The notes: generated by a model not told the origin, from the sequence alone. A stretch of 64,000 bases of DNA from Verrucomicrobiota bacterium (GCA_041167565.1 JBEEHU010000004.1:10699-74698), one strand, 5' to 3'. Shown: positions 1 through 9,997, counted from the stretch's first letter. A program made the numbers and translations.

Positions 1-85
1 CGAAGATTTCTCGAAAGACGGTGTTGACTAACGCATGTTGACGAAGGAGACGTACCGCTCTCCTTAGACACTGTGCCGGATAGTT

Positions 86-832
86 ATGAACATAGAAACG
101 CGACAATTGTTCCTTGATCTGCTCATCAAAATATTGGCCAATACAATTTATGAAGATCCATCCATCCATCCGGAAAATACAGGACGCTTCCAGCCGGAAC
201 TTAGATCTAAGGGGCTCGACTGGCCTGCGGTTGCGCACACAATGGTCGGCGTGCGCAGGCTTGAGAACGTCCGTGAACTGGCCCAGCGCGTGTTAGATGA
301 GGGAGTTCCTGGAGATTTTATCGAAACGGGTGTTTGGCGAGGAGGCTGCTGCATTTTAATGCGTGGCGTCCTTGCGGCCAACGGTATCAAGGACCGCAAG
401 GTATATGCCGCCGACTCGTTCGCCGGACTTCCTGCGCCAAACCCGCAGGCCTATCCGGCAGATGATGGTTTGAATCTTCATCTAATCAAGGATCTAGCGG
501 TTTCGCTGGATGAGGTTAAGAACAATTTCGCCCGTTACGGCTTGCTTGACGATCAGGTTGTCTTCGTGAAAGGCTTGTTCTCGGATACCCTTCCGACTCT
601 GAACGCAGGTCCGTTCTCCCTGATGCGACTCGACGGAGATTTATATGAGTCGACCTATGGGGCGTTGCAGGCGCTATACCCGAAGCTCTCACCAGGCGGC
701 TTCGTGATCCTGGACGACGTCAACTTTATTCCACCGTGCCGACAGGCAGTACTGGACTACCGTTCCCAAGAAGGAATCACGGCGACTATGCACGAAGTCG
801 ACTGGAGTGCCAGTTGGTGGCAGAAAGAATGA
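86..832 (+). CDS. TylF/MycF-family SAM-dependent O-methyltransferase
   Basis: 248-aa ORF. GDFIETGVWRGG glycine-rich SAM loop and LDGDLYEST...GGFVILDD acidic motifs are typical of macrocin-O-methyltransferase-like sugar O-methyltransferases. Confidence 0.8.
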   Translation: MNIETRQLFLDLLIKILANTIYEDPSIHPENTGRFQPELRSKGLDWPAVAHTMVGVRRLENVRELAQRVLDEGVPGDFIETGVWRGGCCILMRGVLAANGIKDRKVYAADSFAGLPAPNPQAYPADDGLNLHLIKDLAVSLDEVKNNFARYGLLDDQVVFVKGLFSDTLPTLNAGPFSLMRLDGDLYESTYGALQALYPKLSPGGFVILDDVNFIPPCRQAVLDYRSQEGITATMHEVDWSASWWQKE

Positions 833-984
833 AGCCTTTCGGGAAGTATGCCATGTGATCAAGTCGCAATGGATCCCGAGCGTGGCATTGAGCTCACCTC
901 CACAGCCGATCCCACGGGGCGCATGGCTGAAAAGATTACCCGTAGTAACCCGACCCATCATAGCAGATGGCTGCAAACCTAAAT

Positions 985-1130
985 TCATGGGAAGGTGTAT
1001 TCGCCGGAGTAAAACAAGCGAAGATTTTCACGAAAGCGGTCACCACCTGAAAATGAAGACATCAGATCATACGCCTGCTGACAGCAGTGGTTATACGCTA
1101 CGGGCTCGTCGAGCGGTGCAGGTCCGTTGT
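985..1130 (-). pseudogene. 3'-terminal remnant of a paralog of the 2159-3238 gene
   Basis: About 145 bp, clearly alignable by eye to 2159-2304. It translates to ..LDEPVAYNHCCQQAYDLMSSFSGGDRFRENLRLFYSGEYTFP*, versus ..LDEPVAYNHCCQQAYDLMAAYSGGDRFRENLRLFYLGEYTFP* in the intact gene. A 1-nt indel breaks the frame upstream of LDEP, and similarity then ends. Confidence 0.6.
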
Positions 1131-1233
1131 GATCCTCTCCATCAGCACGCCCCACGAGCCTGAAGGTGCAGACGAGCCGCGCCTTCACGAAGGCCATGCA
1201 AAAGATGCCGACGTACAGGGACGAGGATAACAA

Positions 1234-2061
1234 TCACGTCATTTTGAAGAGTCGAAACTCCAAGGCAACTCTGGTTGCGTCATCTTGATCGTTGATTGCG
1301 ATGCCGTGTATCAAGTGCGTTGTGAAGATCAGCACTTGCCCGTATTGGATGGGCGGTCTGTACATCTCATTTTTACCGTCCCATTGAAGGATGCTGCGAA
1401 CCCGATAACGATTACCGCCGACCATGCCGCCATCAAACGTGCGCAGGAGTGTGTTCTCTGGGAGCAGATGGCTTCCTGGTACTACAGGTAGCATGGATTG
1501 ACTGGAAACACCACAGATGGGCAGCCAGAAGTTTATTATCTTAGGGATGGTTGCCCTGTCGTCAAAATGCCCGTAGATGTCTTTGTGTGGCGGGTTGTAA
1601 TCGGTCGAGTGGGGGCGGTTGATGCGGATGAGGATGTATTGCTTTTTGCCGGTGTTCGGGTCGATGTCGGATAGGCCGAAGCCAACTAGCTTTCCTAACT
1701 TTTCGATTATGTCTGAGATGTTGAAGTCGAAGTCTTCTGGGAGCAAGTCTCGTGTTATGCTGACGACGTTGTGGTGGAAAGCGGTGGTGCAGACGTGCTG
1801 GTGGTATTTCTCCAACTCGAAGTCGGCTGGGACACCAAGCTTGTGGACCACGCCCCTGACGCAGCGTGCAATGCCATCTTGTAAGGCTTTGAACTCGGCC
1901 TCGTTCAGCAGATTAAACACGCCGTACCCTTGTGGATACCAGGGCTGTGCGTGGGTTATGTCGGTCGCTGGGGTGGATAGGACTTCGTTTTCGCCTGGTC
2001 TGAAGACAGAGTCTCCAAGATCAACGCTGTATTCTTTGCCGCCGATGATGAACTTTGCCAT
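1234..2061 (-). CDS. Fe(II)/2-oxoglutarate-dependent oxygenase, PhyH-like
   Basis: ORF 1234-2217 trimmed to Met53 (MAKFIIGGKEY; cat at 2059-2061). PPHKDIYGHFDD (H-x-D) and a distal LIHGIAIN His are arranged as in phytanoyl-CoA dioxygenase-type enzymes. Confidence 0.55.
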   Translation of the reverse strand: MAKFIIGGKEYSVDLGDSVFRPGENEVLSTPATDITHAQPWYPQGYGVFNLLNEAEFKALQDGIARCVRGVVHKLGVPADFELEKYHQHVCTTAFHHNVVSITRDLLPEDFDFNISDIIEKLGKLVGFGLSDIDPNTGKKQYILIRINRPHSTDYNPPHKDIYGHFDDRATIPKIINFWLPICGVSSQSMLPVVPGSHLLPENTLLRTFDGGMVGGNRYRVRSILQWDGKNEMYRPPIQYGQVLIFTTHLIHGIAINDQDDATRVALEFRLFKMT

Positions 2062-2158
2062 GTTGGAATTATATGAGGCCCAGTCCGCAATGGTCTGACT
2101 GGGCCTCTGATGGTTTACGGCCCGCATTTCTGGAGGGCAGATTGCTGCAACCTGACAC

Positions 2159-3238
2159 TCACGGGAAGGTATATTCACCGAGATAAAACAAGCGAAGGTT
2201 TTCACGAAAGCGATCACCGCCCGAATATGCAGCCATCAGATCATACGCTTGCTGACAGCAGTGGTTATATGCTACAGGCTCGTCGAGACGGTGCAGGTCG
2301 GTTATAAGGTTATCCATTAGTGCTTCCCATGATGGGTAGACGTTTTCCAGTTTTGCATATTCCGGTGTGAAGTAGCGGTCATTGAACACCGCGAAGGCAA
2401 CTCCACCACTAAGAATCGGATCTCCGAAGTAACTGTCCAGTCCCTCCCCGAAAGTCAGTCCCCATTTCGCACGGCGGATCAGTTTCCTATAATCGTCGTA
2501 ATGGAGATCCTCAATGATTTGGATCGTTAACTCTGGAAACGCCCGGGCAATTTTGTGAAGCACTTCCCCTTTTAGAGGGTGCTCGTCGTGCGAGACAATC
2601 AAGAGAGGCTCCTTCTCCTGATAACTCGATCGCGCAAAGAACTCTGGTCCCCATAAACATCCCAGTCTATGCAGTGGTACACCCTGCGCTTCGCGGGTTG
2701 CGAGGTTAGTGTAAGCCTCATGTGCAGTCGCGCAGGTCGCCTTTCCAAAGGACAGCAACCCTTTGACATTCTGTCCCTGAATGTTGTCGATGTTAAAAAG
2801 CAAAACGTTAAGGTGAATCTCCCGAATGTTTCGCAGCAGCGTCCGCTCGAAGGCGCCCAGCCAATCCAGGAGCCGGTTAACCGCGTAGTCGGGAATGTGC
2901 AGTTGCAGGTAATCCAGGCGTTCGCAGCTTTTCAGGACGGTCTCCAAATCCAGCAGGTAATCGCTGTTTTCGAACCACGTATATTTGAAAAAGTCCGGAT
3001 CATCACCCGGGACGGCGCAGAGAGCTACCCTGGCGCGATGAAGCTGGTAGAGAGCCCGTGTCTCCCGTTTCATGGAAGAAATATCCAGGACGCCGCCGGC
3101 CCGCTTCTCGAAACCGGGCGTGAGAAAAATTATCAGGCGTTTGGCTCCGAGGGTAAGTTCCCCGGTCAGGGCCGCACGCTTGAGACGGTGCTCGAGCAAC
3201 GACCGCTCCATGAGAGGATCGACAGAAAGAGACATCAC
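2159..3238 (-). CDS. hypothetical protein of glycan locus (possibly GT-B-like)
   Basis: 359-aa ORF with a coding-like composition. I recognise no catalytic motif. Its last ~42 codons are duplicated at 985-1130. Confidence 0.5.
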   Translation of the reverse strand: MMSLSVDPLMERSLLEHRLKRAALTGELTLGAKRLIIFLTPGFEKRAGGVLDISSMKRETRALYQLHRARVALCAVPGDDPDFFKYTWFENSDYLLDLETVLKSCERLDYLQLHIPDYAVNRLLDWLGAFERTLLRNIREIHLNVLLFNIDNIQGQNVKGLLSFGKATCATAHEAYTNLATREAQGVPLHRLGCLWGPEFFARSSYQEKEPLLIVSHDEHPLKGEVLHKIARAFPELTIQIIEDLHYDDYRKLIRRAKWGLTFGEGLDSYFGDPILSGGVAFAVFNDRYFTPEYAKLENVYPSWEALMDNLITDLHRLDEPVAYNHCCQQAYDLMAAYSGGDRFRENLRLFYLGEYTFP

Positions 3239-3331
3239 CTACATTCCGGCTGTTGCATTCAAAGCGAAGTGAAAGAAAGTCCCGGAAGATTGCCAGTCGT
3301 CAACTAAAATTGCCCACGCTGCAAACTTTCA

Positions 3332-4039
3332 ATGCGCCTTGCCATCATGCAGCCCTACTTCCTGCCCTACCTGGGCTACTTTCAGCTGATGGCGGCGGTG
3401 GACAAGATCGCGTTGTTGGACGACGCGAACTTCATCAACGGCGGGTGGATTAACCGCAACCGCATCGCCGTCCAAGGGAAGCCTCATTGGCTCACCCTTC
3501 CCCTGGCCAAAGCAAGCCAGAACCGCCTCATCAACGAGATTGAGATAGTCGATGACCAATTGTGGAAGAGGAAGATTATCCGCAGCGTGGAATTGAGCTA
3601 TCAGAGTGCTCCTTTCGCGGGTCAGGTTCTGCCGCTCTTATCGGAAATCCTGCAAGAAGCTCGTGGATCGCTTTCTGCATTCCTGTTCTATCAATTGCGG
3701 TGCCTGGCGGATTACATCGGCATTCCCACGCAGATCGAGCGAACTTCCGTGAGATATCCGAAGGACGCACTTACCGGACAACGCCGAATCCTGGATATTT
3801 GTATCCGGGAAGGTGCTTCGACTTATGTAAATCCTCTGGGGGGACGAGCCCTTTACGACGCGGAATTGTTCGCTTCCGCCGGTATCAAGCTCCTTTTTCT
3901 CGACCCCGATTTCTCCGGGCTCACGCTCCGCCACGGCGGCCAGGAAGGGCCGTGTCTTTCCATCCTCGATCTGTTAATGTTCAATCCTGTCATTGCCGTT
4001 CGTGAAGCCACGGAAATGTTTCGGCTAAGCCCGAGTTGA
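3332..4039 (+). CDS. WbqC-family protein
   Basis: N-terminus MRLAIMQPYFLPYLGYFQLMAAVDKIALLDDANF...NRNRI...WLTLPL matches the WbqC-like family signature seen in O-antigen clusters. Confidence 0.8.
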   Translation: MRLAIMQPYFLPYLGYFQLMAAVDKIALLDDANFINGGWINRNRIAVQGKPHWLTLPLAKASQNRLINEIEIVDDQLWKRKIIRSVELSYQSAPFAGQVLPLLSEILQEARGSLSAFLFYQLRCLADYIGIPTQIERTSVRYPKDALTGQRRILDICIREGASTYVNPLGGRALYDAELFASAGIKLLFLDPDFSGLTLRHGGQEGPCLSILDLLMFNPVIAVREATEMFRLSPS

Positions 4040-4072
4040 TGCGCAGTCGAATTTCGATCTTGAACCCAGTCC

Positions 4073-4297
4073 ATGAGCCTCGGACGCATTTTTTCGGAAG
4101 TTTTTTCGATCCCGGAGAAGACGGTGAATGACTCTCTTGACCTCCGGGATATTTCCTCCTGGGATTCGATGTCGCATATGATGTTGATCGCGCGCGTGGA
4201 AGAGGCTTTTGCGGTTGAATTTACTGGGGATGAAATCGCCGATTTTCGAACCGTTCGTGATATTCGTGAAGCGGTCAGCCAGCGCGAAACAAGATGA
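4073..4297 (+). CDS. acyl/peptidyl carrier protein
   Basis: 74 aa. The WDSMSHMMLI motif carries the phosphopantetheine Ser in a DS context. Four-helix carrier size. The stop overlaps the next start (ATGA). Confidence 0.75.
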   Translation: MSLGRIFSEVFSIPEKTVNDSLDLRDISSWDSMSHMMLIARVEEAFAVEFTGDEIADFRTVRDIREAVSQRETR

Positions 4298-5043
4298 AGT
4301 TTTCCGAAGCACAACTTTTGGTTACGGGAGGTGGCCGCGGCATAGGACGCCATCTGGTGGACCGCGCTGTCGCGGAGGCTCGCCGCGTGGCGATTTTCGA
4401 AAAGGATAAAGCCATCATAGCCGATCTCTCGGTGGCGCATCCCGCCGCCAAGTGTTATCTGTGCGATGTGACCGATCCACGCGCGGTCGCCGGTGCGGTG
4501 GCCGCTTTGGAGAGCGATGGATTTGCCCTCGACGTGTTGGTGAACAATGCCGGATTCGTTCACAGCGCTCCGCTGATCAACCTGCTCGAGAAAAACGAGC
4601 GCGTCCATTCCGCCGAAGATTGGCAGCAGGTGCTGGCCGCGAATCTATCCTCGGTCTTTTATGTTACTGGTCCGGTGGTCAGCCATATGTTGAAGAGCCG
4701 GACGAAAGGGGTTGTCATCAGTATGAGTTCCATCTCCGCGCGGGGAAATGCCGGGCAATCCGCCTATTCCGCAGCCAAGGCCGGCGTCAACGCGCTCACT
4801 CGGACCTGGGCGAAGGAGTTGGGCGGTCTCGGCCTTCGCTTTGTTTCAATCGCGCCCGGCTTCATGGATACCCCCTCGACTCGGGAAGCGCTGAGTGACG
4901 CGCACCTGACCAAGCTTAAAGGGCAAATCCCGCTGCGCAGATTGGGCGAGGTCGAGCATGTTTATCAAACGGTCCGTTTCATCGCCGAGAACGACTACAT
5001 CAACGGCACCGTCATCGAGATCGACGGCGGCTTGGTGATATAG
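4294..5043 (+). CDS. SDR-family oxidoreductase (FabG-like)
   Basis: TGGGRGIGR cofactor loop, NNAG, and the S...YSAAKAG catalytic Tyr/Lys. Confidence 0.85.
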   Translation: MKFSEAQLLVTGGGRGIGRHLVDRAVAEARRVAIFEKDKAIIADLSVAHPAAKCYLCDVTDPRAVAGAVAALESDGFALDVLVNNAGFVHSAPLINLLEKNERVHSAEDWQQVLAANLSSVFYVTGPVVSHMLKSRTKGVVISMSSISARGNAGQSAYSAAKAGVNALTRTWAKELGGLGLRFVSIAPGFMDTPSTREALSDAHLTKLKGQIPLRRLGEVEHVYQTVRFIAENDYINGTVIEIDGGLVI

Positions 5044-5058
5044 TCTCCCTTTGCGATC

Positions 5059-6609
5059 ATGGCGCATATTTGGAATCTAGGGCTGAAGTTTCGCGAGATT
5101 GTCGGCAGTCATGCGGCGCGGCCGGCTCTTCGCCAGGCTGGGGGCGAGATCATCAGTTACGGGGAGCTGGACCAGCTTTCGAATCGGGTGGCGCGCCTTC
5201 TGATCGAGCGGGGCCTCCGCCGTGGCGACGTCGTCGGGATCTTTCACGACAAGTCGCCAGGGGCGTTCGCGACCATGCTGGCCTGTCTCAAGATAGGTCT
5301 CATCTACACCAATCTCGATCCGGACAGTCCTTGGGAAAGAATCCGGAAAATGATTCAGACCACGGCGCCAAAGGCGATCGTCAATGCATTCCTCGAACCG
5401 CCCCATGCCGTGGAATTGCAGGGACAGCGGGCGCTTGTCATCCACCTCCGCCAACCGGCTACGACCGCGGAACTTCTCAGTCGTGATGCGGCCGAACTCC
5501 CGGACCTTGTCCACGTGACTGGCGGCGACCCAGCCTATATCATGTTCACGTCGGGCTCCACGGGGATGCCCAAGGGCGCCGTAATCTCCCACGCCAACGT
5601 CCTCAGCTTCATAGCCTGGGCACAGGACCGCTTCCAACTGACTCCCGCCGACATCCTCTCGAATGCAAACCCGATGTACTTTGATAATTCGGTCTTCGAT
5701 TTCTATGCCGCGATCTTCAGCGGCGCATCGATGGCGCCCATCTCGACACAGCAAATCCGAGATCCCCGGCAGTTGATGGAAACGATAAACAAGACGGGTT
5801 GCACGATTTGGTTCTCTGTTCCCTCATTTCTAATCTATCTGCTCACGACGCGAGCCTTGAATGCCAGCGATTTTCCTGACGTGCGCAAGATCATTTTCGG
5901 TGGCGAGGGTTTTCCCAAGCCGAAGCTAAAGCAGCTTTACGATCTCTTCGGGGGACGCGCCGAGTTGGAAAATGTCTACGGCCCAACCGAGTGCACCTGC
6001 ATCTGCTCCGCGCACACGATTGGGCCGTCGGACTTTGCGGATATGAAAGCGCTGGCTACGCTCGGGTTTCTCGCGCCTGACGTTGATTATGAAATTCTCG
6101 CTCAGGCCCCGGGCGAGGACACGGGTGAATTATTTCTCCGCGGGCCGAATGTCGGCCTCGGCTATTTCAACGATCCTGCGCGGACCGCGCAGGCTTTCGA
6201 ACAAAACCCCACGCATCACCGCTTCGCCGATATCGGCTACCACACCGGCGATCTCGTCCGGCGCGACGCGGAGGGGCGCTTCCATTTCGTAGGGCGAGCC
6301 GATTTTCAGATCAAGCACATGGGTTACCGCATCGAGTTGGAGGAGATCGAAGCCGCGCTCGGTATCCTCGGCGAGGTGAAAGAATGCGCCGTAATCTATC
6401 GGAAGTTGGGCGAAGGCCTCGGAGAGATCATTGCTTTCGCGACTCTCGGCACTCCCAGGACTTCCGAGGAACTAGTCGAAGCCGTTGCGGGCATCGTTCC
6501 AAAGTATATGGTGCCCCGGCGCATCACCGTCCTCGAGGCCCTGCCGAAGAACGCGAATGGGAAGATCGACCGGGCCGCTCTCCAGATGATGGCTTCCGCC
6601 ACGGCATGA
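5059..6609 (+). CDS. AMP-dependent ligase / adenylation enzyme (DltA-like, loads the adjacent carrier protein)
   Basis: IMFTSGSTGMPKG (A3), YGPTE (A5), YHTGDL (A7) and PKNANGKIDR (A10) motifs. Confidence 0.85.
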   Translation: MAHIWNLGLKFREIVGSHAARPALRQAGGEIISYGELDQLSNRVARLLIERGLRRGDVVGIFHDKSPGAFATMLACLKIGLIYTNLDPDSPWERIRKMIQTTAPKAIVNAFLEPPHAVELQGQRALVIHLRQPATTAELLSRDAAELPDLVHVTGGDPAYIMFTSGSTGMPKGAVISHANVLSFIAWAQDRFQLTPADILSNANPMYFDNSVFDFYAAIFSGASMAPISTQQIRDPRQLMETINKTGCTIWFSVPSFLIYLLTTRALNASDFPDVRKIIFGGEGFPKPKLKQLYDLFGGRAELENVYGPTECTCICSAHTIGPSDFADMKALATLGFLAPDVDYEILAQAPGEDTGELFLRGPNVGLGYFNDPARTAQAFEQNPTHHRFADIGYHTGDLVRRDAEGRFHFVGRADFQIKHMGYRIELEEIEAALGILGEVKECAVIYRKLGEGLGEIIAFATLGTPRTSEELVEAVAGIVPKYMVPRRITVLEALPKNANGKIDRAALQMMASATA

Positions 6610-7286
6610 AACCGATTATCCTCTTTGGCACAGGCAAAATCGCCGAAGTGCTCCTTTACTTCTTCCGGCATCACAGCGACTACGAAGTCGCGGCCTGTAC
6701 CGTAAACCGTCCTTTCCTTTCCGGCGACACCTGGCAAGGCCTGCCCGCCATTGCTTTCGAGGAAGTCGAGCAGCTCCATCCGCCGGGTAAGTATGAGATG
6801 TTCGTAGCTCTCGGGTATCAGGAATTAAACGCGCTCCGCGCTCGGATCTGTGCCGAAGCCAGGGCCAAGGGCTACACCCTTATCTCCTATGTGCATCCTC
6901 AATCGGGTCTGCCCAAAGACTGCGAATATGGGGAGAATTGCTTTATCATGAACAACGTCTTGATCCATCCCCGTGTGCGGCTCGGAAACGATGTCTTTGT
7001 CTGGAGCGGAGCGATGATTGGACACCACAGCACGATTGGCGATCACTGCTGGCTCACCTCCTGCGCGAACATCTCAGGTGTAGTCACAGTGGGAAGAAGT
7101 TGTTTCTTTGCCGTGAACGCGACAGTGGCGCACAACGTTGTCATCGGAGACGAATGTTTCATTGGCGCCAATGCCTTGGTCACTAAGTGCACTGAAGACG
7201 GTCAAGTCTTCCTGGCTGAGAATACGAAACCATTCCGGCTGAATAGCCATCAGTTCCTGCGCATGTCCAACTTTGCTGAGCTATGA
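6606..7286 (+). CDS. NeuD/PglD-type hexapeptide-repeat sugar N-acyl/acetyltransferase
   Basis: ORF 6384-7286 trimmed to MKPIILFGTGKIAEV (ATG 6606, ATGA overlap with the upstream stop). N-terminal Rossmann-like domain plus a C-terminal left-handed beta-helix (VLIHPRVRLGNDVFVWSGAMIGHHSTIGDHCWL...). Confidence 0.75.
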   Translation: MKPIILFGTGKIAEVLLYFFRHHSDYEVAACTVNRPFLSGDTWQGLPAIAFEEVEQLHPPGKYEMFVALGYQELNALRARICAEARAKGYTLISYVHPQSGLPKDCEYGENCFIMNNVLIHPRVRLGNDVFVWSGAMIGHHSTIGDHCWLTSCANISGVVTVGRSCFFAVNATVAHNVVIGDECFIGANALVTKCTEDGQVFLAENTKPFRLNSHQFLRMSNFAEL

Positions 7287-7298
7287 CACTGGTAAGTG

Positions 7299-8078
7299 TC
7301 ACTCGACGATCAGATAGCTCTGATACGGGACCCGTGCGTCTCTGACGAGCCGGCAGTTACGATATCCGAGTACTTCCATTACGGCGAGCGACTCTCCCGG
7401 CATCTCAGCCATAGCCAGGTGGTCCAGACCGATAATGCTTCCTTTGGTCAGCCGATCCTTGATCATTTCAAGGCACTTCCGAGTCGGCTCATACAGGCCA
7501 ATATCGAAGTAGATTAGGGCAATCAGCGTTTCAGGATGTTGTTCCAGATACGCGGGCAGGGTTTGAGTAACATCGCCCTTAATTACTTCATGTTTTTTTA
7601 TGTGAGAGCGCGGCCCCAGCTTGTTGTGACAATCCAAAATGTGGTCGAGCAAGACCTCGTAGTCCTCGCTCACGGCACAGCTATTCGAGGAGACGCCGTC
7701 CGCCACCACCTGGCCATCCTTGGCGGAGGCCGTGGTAAAACCTTCGAAGGTGTCGAAACCGATTATCTTGCGGGCTACATTCTGTGGCTCGTAGATGGTG
7801 CGAAAGCTCGAAAAGAGAGCCAGGTTCTGGCCCCAGTGGCACCCCAATTCAATGAGACAACCCGGCACGTTCAGAATCTTCAAATAAAGATCGTGCATCA
7901 AAAGAATTCTGGCCAGCGACGGGCGCGTCAAGAAAAGGCCGAGATTGTTAAGAATCTCCCCGGGAAAAACGGGCGAGGTTTTCAGAACCCGCTCCAATTG
8001 GTCGTATGACTCAATTTCTTCGCGCGCGCTAAAGGACTTGATGCTATTCGATTCTTTTTCTGGCGTTTTCAAAATCAA
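7299..8078 (-). CDS. class I SAM-dependent methyltransferase (sugar O-methyltransferase-like)
   Basis: LIELGCHWGQNLALF SAM loop, IIGFDTFEGF and LIYFDIGLYE motifs. Architecture is paralogous to 10278-10991. Confidence 0.7.
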   Translation of the reverse strand: MILKTPEKESNSIKSFSAREEIESYDQLERVLKTSPVFPGEILNNLGLFLTRPSLARILLMHDLYLKILNVPGCLIELGCHWGQNLALFSSFRTIYEPQNVARKIIGFDTFEGFTTASAKDGQVVADGVSSNSCAVSEDYEVLLDHILDCHNKLGPRSHIKKHEVIKGDVTQTLPAYLEQHPETLIALIYFDIGLYEPTRKCLEMIKDRLTKGSIIGLDHLAMAEMPGESLAVMEVLGYRNCRLVRDARVPYQSYLIVE

Positions 8079-8183
8079 TTCTGGTTAGGACAATGGAGAT
8101 TTCGAGGTTTCAAACTAGATGGAGGGAAATCATCTCCGACAGTTTGCGTGACTGCGAGCAGAAATTTCTTGAAGACCGGCCAT

Positions 8184-9125
8184 TTACTTCGGATCAGGGA
8201 GTTCCTCCAATCGGGCGAAGCCTATTCCGGTCTGGCCGAATCCGTTTCCGTTATAAAACAAGAGGGTCTTCTCCCCAACATTCACTACGTACGGGTAAGC
8301 GATCATCGTAGAATCCCAACCGCTCGGTGAAGTTTCTATCCCGGCCTGCTCATCCGCCCGCGTCCAATCTTCCAAGTTTGTCGACCAGGCATATCCCATT
8401 CTATAACTTCCCTTGCCGTCGCGGAAGTCGGTGATGTCCCGATAACAAAAAAGCATGTGGTAGCGCTGACCGTGACGAAATATTGTTGGTCTATGCGTCG
8501 GCTCAAACGAACGGCTGGAAGACAGAACCTGCTTATTGTCACGCGTCCAAACCAGGCCATCCGTGGAGCGCGCGCTCTTGATCACGTAATGTTCTTCGTA
8601 CCGGTCGTTGACCTTAATCCAATCCTCCCCGGAGGCATACCACATGGTCCAGGCGTCCTGCTTTTTGTAAATGAAGCAGCCGGTGGCGGAGTAGACCTCC
8701 AACGGCGTGCGATCCAGGACAGGGCCCGCGAACGCTCGATGGAAGGTGGTGCCGCCATCGTCACTAACGGCTAGCCCGATCCAGTTACTATAGGGAACAA
8801 TCGTCCGGCGGCTCCATCCTCCGTAATACAGCCAGACCTGGCCTCGGTGCTCGCAAACAAACCCGGGCATGATACCCTGCTCGTCGAACATCCCCGGCCT
8901 CCCCAACTCCAGGATTGGCTTGTCGTGAAGATAAACGACTCGGCTGGGGTCGGCGGCATCCACGTCCACGAACGTCGTCAGGGAGAGGTTCGGTTCGGGA
9001 CGGGTCGCAAAATAAATCCGCAAGGTATTGCCTCGCACGAGCACCGACGGAATTTGGGCATGAGACTTCATCCACCCGTGTTCGCCGGAAACATTGAAAA
9101 TCCGGCCTCGCTTAGACCATCTCAT
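8184..9125 (-). CDS. beta-propeller glycosidase/phosphorylase-like protein (GH32/43/130 superfamily-like)
   Basis: 313 aa, no signal peptide. Recurring aromatic blade motifs (WLYYGGW, WTMWYASG, YHMLFCY, TLLFYNGN). Family assignment is tentative. Confidence 0.45.
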   Translation of the reverse strand: MRWSKRGRIFNVSGEHGWMKSHAQIPSVLVRGNTLRIYFATRPEPNLSLTTFVDVDAADPSRVVYLHDKPILELGRPGMFDEQGIMPGFVCEHRGQVWLYYGGWSRRTIVPYSNWIGLAVSDDGGTTFHRAFAGPVLDRTPLEVYSATGCFIYKKQDAWTMWYASGEDWIKVNDRYEEHYVIKSARSTDGLVWTRDNKQVLSSSRSFEPTHRPTIFRHGQRYHMLFCYRDITDFRDGKGSYRMGYAWSTNLEDWTRADEQAGIETSPSGWDSTMIAYPYVVNVGEKTLLFYNGNGFGQTGIGFARLEELPDPK

Positions 9126-9199
9126 TGCTTCGTCTCCACCTCACGGTTCGTGCCCAGCTTCGTCCGGGGGCAGCGCTAGAGTCCTTGTCGCGAGCACCG

Positions 9200-9997
9200 C
9201 TAAACGGGCTTGAAAGACTCGGCGTAGCCTCGCCTCATATCGATCCCTTGAAATTCATCCTCGTACGGAACGGAACAGAATCCGAGAACAGATTTTTGCT
9301 TGTCGGTAAGTTCGCGGTAGATCTCCGAGGGGAGGTTTTGCGTGATGTTAAACACCTGTTTTAACCACCAACGCCCAAAGGTCGCGATCAAGGCCCAGCG
9401 TGTGTCTCCACTTTCGTTCGCGGTGGCACCGTGCCAGAGCCGGCTATCCCAAACCACCACGTCGCCAGCCTTGGATTCGACCGGGATAGCATCCTTGATC
9501 ACTCTTTGGTCTTCTACGTAGCGGCCCGACTTGTGGGATCCGGGAACAACGAGGGTGCAGCCGTTCTCTCGCGACTGGTCTTGCAGGATAAAAGAGCATT
9601 GAATCGAGTAGACATAATCGCCCAGGTATGGAACGCACGAGTCGATATGCAAGGGCAGAGCACCCTTGCTCGTTCTTCCTACAAAAGACCTTAAGATATA
9701 GTTGGGCTGGTCCTGTGGGATCTGCTTGTACCAGGTATCGTTGAGGAAATAGGTAAGGAGTTTCTCAATCAACTCAGACTGGAAGAGTAGCTTGACGAAA
9801 AACAGGTCCTTGTTTTGGAGATTATAGACCATCGGCTGGCTGCGAGCCAGAAAGGGAATGCTTTCCGGCAACTTGCCCGCGGTTTCCTCATACCACCCTG
9901 CCACCAGCTCCAGGGCCTTGTTGGTTGTTGCTGAAGAAAAGACCTTTGGAAGGACACAGTATCCGCGGCTTTTGAGATCAGTAATAAAACTCTCCAT
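9200..9997 (-). CDS. PhyH-family Fe(II)/2-oxoglutarate oxygenase
   Basis: ORF 9200-10279 trimmed to MESFITDLKSRGYCVLP (cat at 9995-9997). LPLHIDS (HxD), PGSHKSG and WHGATANESG motifs. The start is uncertain (alternative Met at 10129). Confidence 0.7.
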   Translation of the reverse strand: MESFITDLKSRGYCVLPKVFSSATTNKALELVAGWYEETAGKLPESIPFLARSQPMVYNLQNKDLFFVKLLFQSELIEKLLTYFLNDTWYKQIPQDQPNYILRSFVGRTSKGALPLHIDSCVPYLGDYVYSIQCSFILQDQSRENGCTLVVPGSHKSGRYVEDQRVIKDAIPVESKAGDVVVWDSRLWHGATANESGDTRWALIATFGRWWLKQVFNITQNLPSEIYRELTDKQKSVLGFCSVPYEDEFQGIDMRRGYAESFKPV

